From Mustelus asterias (lineage: Eukaryota), in contig NW_027590554.1 in assembly GCF_964213995.1 (NCBI RefSeq), forward strand, positions 124,001 to 188,000: DNA of 64,000 nucleotides. The letters run 5' to 3'. Made by a program: the position numbers and the translations under genes. Below are positions 1-12,330 of this stretch, one piece after another (the first letter of the stretch is position 1; each line of letters starts with the position of its first letter). A model generated the notes under the pieces. It ran no database searches and had not been told where the DNA came from. It was given only the letters and a program-made list of their open reading frames with translations.

Positions 1-95
1 ACTGGGAACATCTGCAAACTCCACGTTGCCTGGAACTGAAACCGGATACCTGGGACTATGAGGCAGCAGTGCTAACCACCTTGACACCACTGTAC
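1..95 (-). mobile_element. HE1-like tRNA-derived SINE, 5' fragment
   Basis: Matches the reverse complement of the SINE head seen elsewhere in the window (tgcaaactccac...gaggcagcagtgctaaccac). Confidence 0.7.
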
Positions 96-605
96 CACTT
101 AATGACAGCCAAGCACGCACGATGGGGTGAATGACCCATCGCACGATCTGCAAATGTTCTGAATTTACAGAATTTCTTTGGTGGTTTACACACTTCGCTG
201 CGCGGATGTGAGCAGTGAGGATAAGGTGGTGCTGCTCCACTGGATGACTGTCAATGAAACGCCAAATGCAGCCATGATCTGCTCCGCTACTTTTGCCTTC
301 ACCATCTTTGACGGGGTACAGACAGCAGCGGAATCAATCGCTTCAGCAATTGCTGATGGCGAGAAGTGGGGCTGATCAGCAAGGCAGGATCACTGCTTAA
401 ATGTGGTGAACATTATCCATTTCCAACCAATCCAAGTGCAGAGAACACACGTGATCTTAAATGTATGTCGTTAACTTTAGCTACATATTTCTTATTTACA
501 CCGCCATTCTCATGGTCTCTAGTAATGACGGTTTCATTAAATGAGACAAATAGAAAGGGCACATTGATTGTCAGGTAGCGATGTGAAAACTCCGCAATGA
601 CGGTC

Positions 606-619
606 GCGCCACCTGCTGG
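606..619 (-). promoter_or_regulatory. CTCF-consensus site
   Basis: Minus strand CCAGCAGGTGGCGC fits the CTCF core CCASYAGRKGGCRS; upstream of the first V segment. Confidence 0.55.
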
Positions 620-1135
620 TTATTTCGGGTAACTTTGCTTGTCGAGTTTGTCAAACTCAGGCGTCACCCTTTGAATTATTCGAATTAATTTCCAGTCATT
701 TTAAGGAGGTTTACAAAAAGGAGCGGTTGGTATAAATGAGAGACAGAGGCAATAAGACAGAGTTATGAGGAAAGTCACATGAGACACAAAACTAATCAGA
801 AAACGTGATTTTTACAGCTCATTTATTGGCGGGGAATATCCATCAGTTCTGGCAGAGTAGCCAATCCTGTCCCTGGGAAACGCCCCTCAGTTTCTCTAAA
901 ATTAAACCAGATTATAATCGGGGCTACCCTTCACACTAGTTTGGAATCATCGGCAGAATTAGATCATTCTGTTACTTTCTATCGAGGTCAATATACGGAA
1001 ACCATCTGTTCCCCAAGCTCCTTACTGATAATAATGATCTTGCTGCCTGGCGAGTCCATTATTAAATGGTAACCATGTCATCCAGTGGTCATTTTTAAAC
1101 CCTGACTTTTGAGCCATTCTGTATTTGTGTGACAG

Positions 1136-1440
1136 GAATGAGTGGCGAAAATTCAGTGTTCCAGGCTCATTCCCAATTAGCAATTCGGGAAGGGCAGTGT
1201 GGTCTGGACTGCCGTTACTTGACAACCTACACTACCCCAACTCTACTCTGGTAGATGCAGTATTCCGCGGAAGCTCCGAGATATTGCTGAAGAGATATAT
1301 ATAGCTTAGAGGGTGAAGACAGGTTCCCAAACTTACCAGAGAGGTTCTCTGCAGATTTACCGAAGAGAAACAAAACAGTTCCTTTAAATATCGGCCGGGC
1401 TCTTCTGTCGGATACTGCCGTGTACTTCTGTGCAATGGAG
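1136..1440 (+). pseudogene. TCR alpha/delta V pseudogene (V1)
   Basis: After acceptor gacag: GMSGENSVFQ...LDCRY...LLW*MQY...RYC*...ERFSADL...LSDTAVYFCAME in one frame, with stops at 1252 and 1288. Followed by a degenerate RSS (cacacac/cacagct...gaaaaatcc). Confidence 0.85.
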
Positions 1441-1493
1441 CACACACAGCTGCAGAGATGGAGCGGGAAAAATCCTCACAATGGGAGTTTCAG

Positions 1494-1507
1494 TTAGCAG
1501 ATGGCGC
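1494..1507 (+). promoter_or_regulatory. CTCF-like site just 3' of the V1 RSS
   Basis: TTAGCAGATGGCGC. Confidence 0.45.
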
Positions 1508-2645
1508 TGTCACACAGATAAATAGGAGCAATAATTAAACCTAATGAGAGTCATAGGGACCTCCCAAAAAACAAAATATAACCATCCATAAGAAGGAGCG
1601 AGGAACACTTGCGGAATTTAATTAGTTGATTTTAACTCACGTTCATAATAAAGCTCGCCTTTATAAATGTATTTGATCTGTTTAGTTCACTTGGTGTTTT
1701 GAAGCTGTTTCCATACCTGTCTGTAACACCGAACAACCCTTCTCCATCTTCCCTGTCAGATTTCTGGAACCTTTGACCCGAGGTCAGTTCTGCGCTTTTA
1801 TTTGATCAGAATTTGGGTCAGAGGCAGTTTATGAAAACTGAACAGATTTCACAACGTTTTAATTTTGATCATTCAAACAAGCCCCTTGTACAGATTTACA
1901 CCAATGGCCAGTGAATTTCACAATGTTTCCTTAACAGGATTGAAATATTAATCTGATTTGCAGAAATAAGGAGTAGCGAGAAACAGATGAATAAGGCGGA
2001 TATGATATGAAGTGTAATGCTACCCTAGTACTCGGTGGAGACAGTCAGGGAGATGTGGAAATTGGCTGCTGTGTACTTCAGGCTTGTTTGAGAAATCAAT
2101 GTCACAGCCTTATGAAATGTGTCCAAGATGTGCAAAATGTCTCGAATGTAGCAATAATGATCAAATAAACGCTATGAACTCCCCGCCCTCAAAGGCTCCC
2201 AGAAACTGAAAAGGGAGATGGAACGATGGATGTTCAATATGATAGGCAGGCACAGAAAATGCAGGAAAGGACCAATAGGGACTTCGGGATCAGAGGACAT
2301 CACTCAAACGTGGCGAACTGTACGTCTGCTTTTTGTGTGACGCTTGACGGCCAGGTTTGACGGATATTTGGAGATCTAATTTTAGAGGAATACAGAGCTG
2401 ATTAGTAGTAGAAGGGACGAATTAAGTGACACATTCATTATGTGGTGGGCCTGTTGGCCTAAAACGATACTGCAGTTTGTTTTCTCGGCCTCTCCTGGAG
2501 ACAGTTGAGTGACAGTTTGATCCGAGGTTCATGTGGTTTCCTCTCAGTGTTTGTTTGAGCGGCTGACAGTGCCGCTGCTGATTGTGGCTGCATCTGCGAG
2601 AGGTTTTACACAGTAGAGAGGAGCTCTCACTTGCCTTGCTGAGAC

Positions 2646-2684
2646 AGTTTTTGTACAGGAGTCAAACTGCTTTCCATCACTGTG
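2646..2684 (-). other. 23-bp-spacer recombination signal sequence of V2
   Basis: Minus strand CACAGTG (2684-2678), 23-nt spacer, ACAAAAACT (2654-2646). Confidence 0.95.
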
Positions 2685-3142
2685 AGGCTGAAAGCGCAGT
2701 AATACACGGCCGCGTCAGACAACTGCAGACCCGAGATAGTCAAACTGATGGATTTCTTCGAGGTTTGGAGGTCAGCCGAGAAACGGATTTTAGCAAAATC
2801 TGCTTTATATTCATCATCCCCCGAATCCTTCCACAGTATGCAGTCGGGCTGGGAGTCTGGATGCTGTCGATACCAGTATAAATAATAGTCGGCTTCTGCA
2901 GTATCATAGTTGCAGTTTAATGTCACCACGTCTCCTTCTCTCTTAACATCTGAGGACAGCGGCTGAGTGACAGAATCTCCATGGGTCAGACCTGGAAAAT
3001 ATGTTCAAATAGATAAAGAATAGAGTGACGTGACTCAACAGTAAGATTCAACCCAAGTTTTGGAAATGAGTAAACAAACGTGATGTCCAGAAATACCTGT
3101 TAGAAATGCCCCCCACACAATCCAGATGCCGAGTACCCGCAT
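2685..3142 (-). CDS. Intact TCR alpha/delta V gene segment (V2): leader exon 3142-3097, V exon 2991-2685
   Basis: Leader MRVLGIWIVWGAFLT-G with GT donor; acceptor ttttccag; V domain GLTHGDSVTQPLSSDVKREGDVVTLNCNY...YLYWYRQHP...RFSADL...LTISGLQLSDAAVYYCAFS with C23, W41 and YYC; canonical 23-RSS; no stops. Confidence 0.93.
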
Positions 3143-4079
3143 TGTCTCTGTCCGCTCTGTAAAGAGGGAATCCGATATTTGAAGACACCCATTCTAATCC
3201 CCACCCTTAATAATCTGATGACGTGTCTCAGAATGCTCACGCGTCAGTTTCGTGTCTCGCCAGTGTCACCGTGAGATTGGTAACTGCTCTGGTGACTGTC
3301 AGTGAATAGAAGCTCCCCAACCATTCGGTGTCCCTGTTGGGCGAATTGTTCCGCTTTGGAAACGGGATGTCAAGAAAAAAACCTTAATTTTGTTATTGGA
3401 ACGGAGGAGCAAGGAGTGTTGATGGATTTGGTGGATTTCCAATCAATGTTCTGTGCACATTCTCTTAGCTTTACCATCCGAGCATTGGTGCCTGAGACTC
3501 AGTGAGAGTCCAGAGAACGGTGGAGGCCATGGGACAGAAGATTTTTAAAGCTGAGTGAAACCAACATTTTAACTAAAATTAATGTCACGGTTCACGAAGA
3601 TCAAGGCAGAAAAGTGGATTTAAACGGAAGATCAGATGAACTGTAATCTGACTGAATGGTAGAGCAAATTTGCAGGCAGCCTAATTTTTATGTTCGAATG
3701 TTCAGTTATCGGTGGACAGGCTGTGAGATACCTTGCAATCTTCGTTGTTTTACTAAAGGTACAGAGAAACCAAGCAATGAAGTCCAGTTGCCTGTATATT
3801 ATTCCTGAGATAATGTAAAGCGTGTACTGTGGGTGCTGTCCTGAAAGCTGACCATGTCTGAAATCAGCAGGGTTAGGATATGAAATTGTCATGGTGCAGC
3901 TAATTGTGACATTGCCGTTTCTTCAAAGGTCCACTCAGAGACAACCCGATGCACTGTGTGGTTGTGGTCCCATTCTGATATAATGTACTAGGAAGTGTCA
4001 ACTTTAAGAACTTGCGCTTTTTCTTCTTAATCATTATCAACATGGGGGTCACTGGACAAGTAGTTCACGAGCTCAGAGT

Positions 4080-4440
4080 AATGCTTTGGGAAAATTAGTT
4101 CAAATTCCACCGTATCAACTCGTTATATTTCAATTCGATTTTGGAGAAAAGTAGTCAAAATTTAAATTTAGAAAAGTAAAGGTTAAATTTAAATGTGATT
4201 AATTGATATTGAAAGCTAGTCGCATCGATGGTGCCTGAACGCACCACAAATTTCACTACAAATTCACCTAGTTCACTAATGCACTTTGTGGAAGGAAATA
4301 TGCCAGCCTAGCATGGCCTGGACTGTGTGTGATTACAGAACAACAACAATACAACGAACTCTCAAATATCCCAGCCTGGTTCGAGGGCAATTGGTGATGG
4401 ACAGAAATATTGTCCTGTCACCGACGCCCAATGAATAATT
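4080..4440 (+). mobile_element. Degenerate SINE/LINE-tail repeat
   Basis: gttcactaatg...ggaaggaaat...agggcaattggtgatgg...atgaataa; an inverted related copy lies at ~20060-20250. Confidence 0.5.
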
Positions 4441-4639
4441 TTTTAAAAAGAGTTCATCTCATTTGAATAATGGCAATGCCTGAGTTATAGCGTTCAGGAG
4501 AATAGCATATTCTTTACTTTCAATTGGGAAGGAAACGCGAAGTGAAAAGTGATACATTGATGAGGAGAGGTCCGTTGTGGTTCTGCTTCCTTCTCTCCGA
4601 GTCTATAACTCTACAGTTCGGGAAATATCCCCGTAACAC

Positions 4640-4836
4640 TAAGAGACAATTTAGCATGACCAATGCACCTAACCTGCACATCTTTGGACTGTGAGAGGAA
4701 ACCGTAGCATCTGGAGAAAACCCAGGCAGACACGGAGAGAACGTGCAAACTCCGCACAGTCACCCAAGGCCGGAATTGAATCTGGATTCCTTGCGTTGTA
4801 AGGCAGCAATGCTAACACTGTGCCACCGTACCGCCC
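4640..4836 (-). mobile_element. HE1-like SINE
   Basis: Reverse complement of ggcggtacggtggcacagtgttagcattgctgcc...gagtttgcacgttctct...aaagatgtgcaggttagg. Confidence 0.85.
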
Positions 4837-5934
4837 ATTCAGTAATGCAGGATACGTGAGGTGGGCCAGAGAGAGGGGGAGAGAGAGAGACTGTGGGTTT
4901 TGTTGCCAATAGCAACGGTATGCCAATGGTACCAAAGACATTGCCCGCGTCATTTCAAGCTTGGAGAAACATGTGACGACTGCGCCCTCTGACGGTGACT
5001 CAGAGTACGTGACACTGTCGGCAAGTGCAAGGTTGTCGATGGGCAGATTCCAGCGGCCTTTTATTGAGAGACGTGTTTTCAAACAATTGAACTATATAAA
5101 CAGACGCGAGGGAAATATAAATGAATTGAAAGAACAGTGCATTCTGTGTCATTTCTGAATCTCTTCCTTTCTGTCCTCCCCCCATCAGTTGGCTTTGTAT
5201 TTCGCACTCGTAATGACACACCTTCTTTCATTTCTCCTTCCATACTTTTCGAATTGCTTGTCCTCTGCCTGTAATCCAAAGCACAAAACGATTTCCAGAA
5301 TTTTGACGCAAGGGAACGGCGATATGGTTCAAAATGAGGATGGTGTGTGGCTTGAAGTGGTGCCACAGAATGTGGTGTTCCCGTGCATCTGTTCCTCTTA
5401 TCCTTAGAGATGAAAGAGATTCCGGATTCGGAAGGTGCTGTCGAAGCAGGCCTGACGGGTTAATTTAATCAAAATTTCAAGTACCGACATTAATTTATAA
5501 TGGAAGACTGTGGTTTTGTTGGTTAACAAATAAGGATCAGTGGACACCGTTATTTTTAAGAAGATTTGTTTATTGATGTGCAACGTTGTGCAAACCTTGT
5601 TACCCAGATTGCTTAGTGACATTGGAATGCAGTTATTTGTAGAGCCCACTCTCTAAGCCTCCTGTGTCATCCACCTCCTCCTCTCCCAGTTACCATGCCC
5701 CAATGGGGCATTGGTCGCCATGGACTTCAATTTGATCACTTTGTGGTTTCAAAGCACTCCAGCGGTTTGCCATTGACTTCCGCAGTATTATTGACCAGGA
5801 ATCTGTTCCGTCCCCATCACCTGCCATCAGCAATACTGAAAGGATTTACAGGCTGATAATCAACATGTTCGACCACGTTATGAACGTGACCATCACGATT
5901 GGTAGTTTGTGTTATGTGGAACGAATGGAACTTT

Positions 5935-6640
5935 GTGTTTGTCCACATATGTCTGAAAGTGGAAGAGTATGTTAGTAGGGTGGTGAAAAAGGCATACAGG
6001 ACACTTGACTTTGTCAATCGTGACGTAGGTTGCAAAAGCAGGGAACTCATGTTGGACTTGTGTAGAACTTTGGTGAGGTCACAGCTAGAGTACCGTTGCA
6101 GTTCTGGCCGCCACATTCTCGGAAGGATGTGATTGCACTGGAGGAAGTGCAGAAGATGTTTACCAGCATACTACGTGGGATAGAATATTTAAGTTATGAA
6201 GCGAGTTTGGTAGGCTTGGTTTGTTTTCGTTGGAGCAGAGAAAACTGAGGGGCGACCTGATCGAGGTGTACAAGATTATGAGATACATGGACAGAGTGGA
6301 TAAAGAGCAGTTATTCCCCTTAATTGAAGGGTCAGTCATGAGGCGAAATAGGTTCAAGGTGAGGGGCAGGAGGTTTCAGGGGAATGTGAGGAAAACCTTT
6401 TTAGCCAGAGGGTGGTGACAGTCTAGAGTACGCTGCCTGGGAGAATGGTGATGGCGGTTTCCCTTACGTCCTTTAAAAAAGTGTCTGGATAAGCACTTGG
6501 TACATCATAACATTCAGGGCGATTGTCCAAGCGCTGGCAGATGAGATTAGGTGGGAGTTCTGGTATTTAATGTAACAACGTGGCCTCGATGGGCCGAAGA
6601 GCCCATCTTCTGCGCTGTATGATTCTATGATTCTACGATT
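5935..6640 (+). mobile_element. CR1/HER1 LINE 3' fragment, degenerate
   Basis: Frameshifted RT C-terminus (LVRSQLEY, FSLEQRKLRGDLIEVYKIM) and a (tatgattc)n tail. Confidence 0.9.
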
Positions 6641-7071
6641 CAATGAAGGCACTTGAACCTGAATGAGGATCCGACCACTGCGGCAGAAAACTCCTGCGGT
6701 GCAATTGTGCCATATCCAATCTTTTGCCCTAAACATGCTATCGATTGCAAGGAAGTGTAACGGCCTAGGAATATTTCCCCTACTACTCTGCTGGCAGCTA
6801 TAACAAGCAACGAACTGACCCCTTTGCAGGTTTTAGTTAAATATGAGGTCCTGGGCGCAATCTAGCGGAACATTGTCTGTGAAACAGCGATTCTCAGTTT
6901 ATTATGCAGGATTACTGTGTGATTTCGCTGCCTGAGTAGTATGGGCGTTTATTATGGGTTTTATTGCTTTGATTTTATTATTTCAACGGCTGCTTCCATT
7001 TTCTTTTGTTTTTGAGGTTTCTCCTGGATTTTGCGATACTCTCGCATTTAACATCACGGGGTTTCAACAAG

Positions 7072-7170
7072 CAAAAACAGAAAATGCTGGAAAATATCAG
7101 CAAGTCTGACAGCATCACTGGAGAGAGACTGGAGCCAACGTTTCGTGTCTGGATGACTCCCTTAGACAGC
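7072..7170 (-). mobile_element. Penelope-like terminal repeat fragment
   Basis: aaaacagaaaatgctggaaa...cagcaagtctgacagcatc...aacgtttcg..tctggatgac; recurs at ~23130-23330, 42160-42290, 50090-50255 and 53720-53860. Confidence 0.6.
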
Positions 7171-7347
7171 TGCGGACGGACGCTTTTTAATTTTCAAGTA
7201 CAAGATAAGTTGAAATATCAGATTGAAAGTAACGGATGTGTTCATCTATTAAGTGACATGGCCTCTCAATCTAACCTTGAGAACCTGCAGCAACACAGAG
7301 GAGTTGAGCATTATGGTCAGGCCAATTGGCGTGTTACACTGTCATTT

Positions 7348-7390
7348 GTTTCGGTAGTGCAGTGGTTATCGAGTTCGCACAAAGCGGAAC
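7348..7390 (+). tRNA. tRNA-Val pseudogene, 5' fragment
   Basis: gtttcggtagtgcagtggttatcgagttcgc resembles tRNA-Val GTTTCCGTAGTGTAGTGGTTATCACGTTCGC. Confidence 0.55.
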
Positions 7391-8093
7391 AGACGCGTTC
7401 ATTCAGCTTCCTCATGTACGGTGAGAGAAATCTGTATGATTTCAGTTTGTTGCTGAACATTGTCCGAATCTCGATGTTGCAGCCATTGTACCTTTGCTCT
7501 GACCCCGACCTCAGATGCTTTCTGTAAGATAAGAAATTATGATTTTTTTTGAAGCACTGACAGGAAATACAATTTTCTATTTTGACAACGTGTACATATT
7601 AGCATCTCGTTCAGTGTACAGCAAAATATAATGGTGCAGATTGACATAGTTAATAGATCACTCCTAAATCTCTTCCTTTTTAAAAGTACTTGATTTTGTT
7701 TAAACAATGATGAGTGCGGTCAATCTCAAATAAGCAGCATGGCATGTGTATTACGCAGTGACTCGATTTCTTTTGTTGGTCAGTCATGTTTGCAATTAAA
7801 TGTTGTATATTTCAGAGATATTCAATTCAGAATGAGGACACCTGCGTTAAATAAATGTATTGATATTATATGTTGTATAACGACAAATACTGGATATAAC
7901 TGGTTGAAACTGGTTCAAATTATACGAACGTTATAATATTATATTCCGTGAAGCAATATATTTTTGCTGTCAATGCTAGTATAATATTTCTGTTTCGACA
8001 TTTGTTCTTTTAGTTACATTTTCTCAATATTGTTACTGGCTGCGGTTGTGAGTCTGGAATTCGCCCCGACATGAAACCCAATCCGGTATCCAA

Positions 8094-8107
8094 CTGCCCT
8101 CTGGTGG
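8094..8107 (-). promoter_or_regulatory. CTCF-consensus site
   Basis: Minus strand CCACCAGAGGGCAG. Confidence 0.55.
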
Positions 8108-8299
8108 CGGCGGCATGGAGCTACAAGGTGAAGCTTTCTTCCTCCTGTGACCCTTCGGGACTCAAGTTTGTTCAAACATTCCCGATCATAAATTCTACCG
8201 CGATTTTATTTATGGCATTCTTTTTCAAATTTTAGACCGCACAGAGGTGGAGAATCTTTTCTCATGAGTCCAACTCCTCCAAAGACAACCCTTTTCCAG

Positions 8300-8390
8300 A
8301 TATGGGTCATTGAGATTCTGTCACTCAGCCGCTGTCCTCAGCATTGAAGACAGAAGGAGAAGCGGGGACTTTACAATGTATCGATAATAT
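8300..8390 (+). pseudogene. Truncated TCR V fragment (FR1 only, V2 family)
   Basis: ttttccag followed by gagattctgtcactcagccgctgtcctcag...gaaggaga, near-identical to the start of the V2 exon; homology stops after the first Cys region. Confidence 0.75.
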
Positions 8391-8529
8391 TAAATTTTAC
8401 TCTCTGAAAAGGGGAAAATTCTAAACATATCAACTGAGTCGCCTTTGTACCTTCCTGTTTGTAAGCAAAATAAACCAAATTAGTCTGTTGATCACTGGCA
8501 CTATTCTGATTTATAAACATAAGCTCTTA

Positions 8530-10210
8530 AGACGATAAGCTATAACAGTGGCATTAGACCAGTCGACCCATGGAGTCTGTTCCGCCATTCAATCGTGTCT
8601 GCTAAGTTTCCCATCCCCAAAAATTATAAGGGATAGGATTTATAGTTATTTGGAGAGTAATGAATTGATAGGTGATAGTCAGCATGGTTTTGTGGCAGGT
8701 AGGTCGTGCCTTACTAACCTTATTGAGTTTTTTGAGAAAGTGACCAAGGAGGTGGATGGGGGCAAGGCAGTGGACGTGGTATATATGGATTTTAGTAAGG
8801 CGTTTGATAAGGTTCACCATGGTAGGCTTCTGCAGAAAATGCAGATGTATGGGATTGGGGGTGATCTAGGAAATTGGATCAGGAATTGGCTAGCGGATAG
8901 GAAACAGAGGGTGGTGGTTGATAGTAAATATTCATCATGGAGTGCGGTTACAAGTGGTGTACCTCAAGGATCTGTTTTGGGGCCACTGCTGTTTGTAATA
9001 TTTATTAATGATCTGGATGAGGGTATAGTTGGGTGGATTAGCAAATTTGCTGATGACACCAAAGTCGGTGGTGTGGTAGACAGTGAGGAAGGGTGTCGTA
9101 GTTTGCAGGAAGACTTAGACAGGTTGCAAAGTTGGGCCGAGAGGTGGCGGATGGAGTTTAATGCGGAGAAGTGTGAGGTAATTCACTTTGGTAGGAATAA
9201 CAGATGTGTTGAGTATAGGGCTAACGGGAGGACTTTGAATAGTGTGGAGGAGCAGAGGGATCTAGGTGTATGTGTGCATAGATCCCTGAAAGTTGGGAAT
9301 CAAGTAGATAAGGTTGTTAAGAAGGCATATGGTGTCTTGGCGTTTATTGGTAGGGGGATTGAATTTAGGAGTCGTAGCGTTATGTTGCAACTGTACACAA
9401 CTCTGGTGCGGCCGCACTTGGAGTACTGTGTGCAGTTCTGGTCCCCACATTACAGGAAGGATGTGGAGGCTTTGGAGAGGGTGCAGAGGAGGTTTACCAG
9501 GATGTTGCCTGGTATGGAGGGGAGATCCTATGAGGAGAGGCTGAGGGATTTGGGATTGTTTTCGCTGGAAAGGCGGCGGCTAAGAGGGGATCTTATTGAA
9601 ACATATAAGATGATTAGAGGTTTAGATAGGGTGGATAGTGATAGCCTTTTTCCTCTGATGGAGAAATCCAGCACGAGGGGGCATGGCTTTAAATTGAGGG
9701 GGGGTAGTTATAGAACCGATGTCAGGGGTAGGTTCTTTACCCAGAGGGTGGTGAGGGATTGGAATGCCCTGCCAGCATCAGTAGTAAATGCGCCTAGTTT
9801 GGGGGCGTTTAAGAGATCCGTAGATAGGTTCATGGACGAAAAGAAATTGGTTTAGGTTGGAGGGTCACAGTTTTTTTTTTTTAACTGGTCGGTGCAACAT
9901 CGTGGGCCGAAGGGCCTGTTCTGCGCTGTAATGTTCTATGTTCTATGTTCTATGTTCTATTCTCCCGCCTTTTTCCGGAAACTTTGATCCCCTTACAAAT
10001 CAAAAACATATCTACTCAATGACCTGACCTCCAGACCCTTCTGTGGCAATGAATTCCATCATTTCACCACCCACTGGCTGAAGAAATTCCTCCTCATCTC
10101 TGATTTAAACGTTCGTCCATTTACTCTGAGGCTGTTCCCTTGGATCCTCGTCTCTTTTACTTACATGGAAACACCTTCCCCAACCCGGCACTTTTTCCAA
10201 AGTCTTGGTA
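8530..10210 (-). mobile_element. Old CR1-type 3' end (8530-8618 and 9961-10210) split by a younger CR1 insertion
   Basis: ccgccattcaatc...catcccc and tctcccgcc...caatgacctgacctcc...gaagaaattcctcctcatctc read as one continuous element across the insert. Confidence 0.65.
8619..9960 (+). mobile_element. Young 5'-truncated CR1 LINE (RT domain, open frame to 9855)
   Basis: QHGF..GRSCLTNL, YMDFSKAFDKV, GVPQGSVLGP and KFADDTK motifs; (tgttcta)n tail; nearly identical to 37225-38560. Confidence 0.97.
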
Positions 10211-10416
10211 TGCTCTAGACTTCGGTGTACCCAGGATTTGAACAGAGAATTCCAGGAATGATGTCCGCAGGTTCAGCACCATTTTACGATATAAGCAGGA
10301 AACGTAGCAAAGACACCAATTCGGATTTCTGGGCAGCATTTGTGTCTTGGTATGGATTGGGGTAAACCCTGAATCCACTCAACAGCCAAATGCGAACTTG
10401 CATTAAGCAACATTTG

Positions 10417-10430
10417 TCAGCAGAGGGCGC
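10417..10430 (+). promoter_or_regulatory. CTCF-consensus site upstream of V3
   Basis: TCAGCAGAGGGCGC. Confidence 0.5.
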
Positions 10431-10910
10431 CAATTTCAAGCCCGGTTTTGGAGAGGGGAGAGATGTTGGGGAGGGGGGTGGTGATACAATCTCACGTGAC
10501 ATTATCACTAGAGCCTGTATGGATGGTAGGCTAGTGAGGTCACAATAGACTCCCCTTCCCCTCCCCACAATCACATCCACACAGACAAATTGTCATACAC
10601 TCAGTCACACGCTGCAATCAACTGAACAGAGCCTGGGTTCCCTCTCTCTTTCTCACTCTCTGATTCCGTCCATTCTCATTCACTGAAAGAGATTCACTCG
10701 GACATTCTGCTGATCATTCTGGTGGCGCTCATGCAGTTAGTACCAGATAACATTCATCAAGCCACGTGAACATATTTATACACACAGATGGCAATTTAAT
10801 CAACCATCAGAAACATCCATGTGCGGCGTAGGTGGGAGGTTGCACAAACTATCGCCTATAGAAAACAAATTTACATGAGGTCTTGATATTTCTTTCCTCT
10901 ACCTTCACAG

Positions 10911-11241
10911 GTGGACTGTACGCAGATCCAGTAACTCAGTCACCGGTGGCAATAACCGCATCACAAGGGGATTCGGTGCAGCTCGATTGTAACTATACAG
11001 ACGAGTATATGAGATACATGCAATGGTATTAGCAGAAACCTGCACAGCCACCGAGAGGGATTATTACCAAAACATTAGTCGTGAAAGAAAATGAAGTTCC
11101 AGGATGATATCTGGCGGCTGCTGACAAGTCCACATAGAACGGTCACCTCAATATAAGCGCCCCCAGTTTGGAGGACGTGGCGGTCTATTACTGTGCAGTG
11201 AGGCACAGCATTAGATTACAGCTAAAACCCGTACAAAAACC
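10911..11241 (+). pseudogene. TCR alpha-type V pseudogene (V3) with RSS
   Basis: GLYADPVTQSPVAITASQGDSVQLDCNY...MQWY*QKP...PG*YLA...KST*NGHLNISAPSLEDVAVYYCAVR, three in-frame stops. RSS CACAGCA (11204-11210), 22-nt spacer, ACAAAAACC (11233-11241). Leader-like ILLIILVALMQ at ~10692-10736. Confidence 0.9.
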
Positions 11242-11299
11242 TCAGCGGGTATTTACAACTCTATGAAGTTAACAAACAAGGCACACATGTGAGCAGATT

Positions 11300-11435
11300 T
11301 CCACTCCATCTGACGAAGGAGCAGGGCTCCGAACGCGAATGGCATTTGCTACCAAATAAACCTGTTGGACTTTAACCTGGTGTTGTTAAAACTCTTACTC
11401 TTTCTACCCCAGTCCAACGCCGGCATCTCCACATC
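11300..11435 (+). mobile_element. Penelope-like terminal repeat with hammerhead-like core
   Basis: ctgacgaaggagcagggctccgaac...aaataaacctgttggactttaacctggtgttg; same sequence follows the GIY-YIG remnant at 21.9 kb. Confidence 0.7.
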
Positions 11436-11799
11436 TTGTTCAAATCATCAGAGAAGCACTTTGGGAAATCTCGAGACTAAGCTCCATGCCGCGATTTATA
11501 TAGTAAGGAGATACCAGGAGTATCTAGCTATCAGCTGAAGGATGCTTTCAAAAGTGGAGGCAATATGGCAGACAATTGCCGGCTGTTCATCCAGAATTGT
11601 TAACTCAGATGAGCCCATGGACACCGACTCCTCGGCATTCGTTCCTATGCTTAAGTGCAGAATGGATCAAAGTCTGCTGTAGTTCATAACAAATGAGATG
11701 TCGAATAACCGGTACATAGACTCACTTAACAACACGACTATTATTATAAATCCGGGGCACAGAGACTCGTGTGTTTGGATTGTGCTGCGTAAAAAAAAA

Positions 11800-12330
11800 C
11801 CTTGGTGAGTTGCTGCAGTGTATCTTGTAGATGGTGCACACGGCTGCCACTGTTCGTCTGTGGTGGCAAGAATGGATGTTCATGGAATGGGTAGAAATCA
11901 AGCGGGCTGATGTTTCCTGTATCGTGTCGAGCCTCTTGAGTGTTCTTGGAGCTAAACTCATCCAAGCAATTAGAGAGTATTCCATCTCACTCCTGACCTG
12001 TACCTTATAGATGGTGGACAGGCTTTGGGGAGTCAGGAGGTGAGTTACTCGCCGCAGGATTCCTACCTTTGATCAGCTCTGGTAGCCACTGTATTTAAAT
12101 TCCTGGGTCCAGTTCATTTTCGGTCAGCTCCCAGGATTTTGATGGAGGTGGGGTGGGTGGGGGAGCAGGAGGGATGATCCAGCGATGGTAGTTCCATTAA
12201 ATATAAATGAAAGTTGATTAAATCCTCTCCTTTTGGAGATGGTCATTGCCTGGAACTTGTGTGACATGAATGTTGCTTGCACTTATCAGGCCAAACCTGT
12301 GTATTGTCCAGATCTTACTGCATTTGAGCA
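11800..12330 (-). mobile_element. Degenerate non-LTR retrotransposon (CR1/L2 superfamily) RT C-terminal fragment
   Basis: MEYSLIAWMS..PRTLKRLDTIQETSARLI...HHRRTVAAVCTIYKIHC. Confidence 0.7.

Noticed and set aside
7006-7527. 173-aa ORF
   Set aside because: It is a patchwork of a Penelope repeat, unique sequence and a tRNA-Val fragment, with no protein motif.
8548-8618. N-terminus of the 435-aa ORF as a host-RT fusion gene
   Set aside because: It is chance read-through from an older antisense CR1 end into a 5'-truncated CR1.
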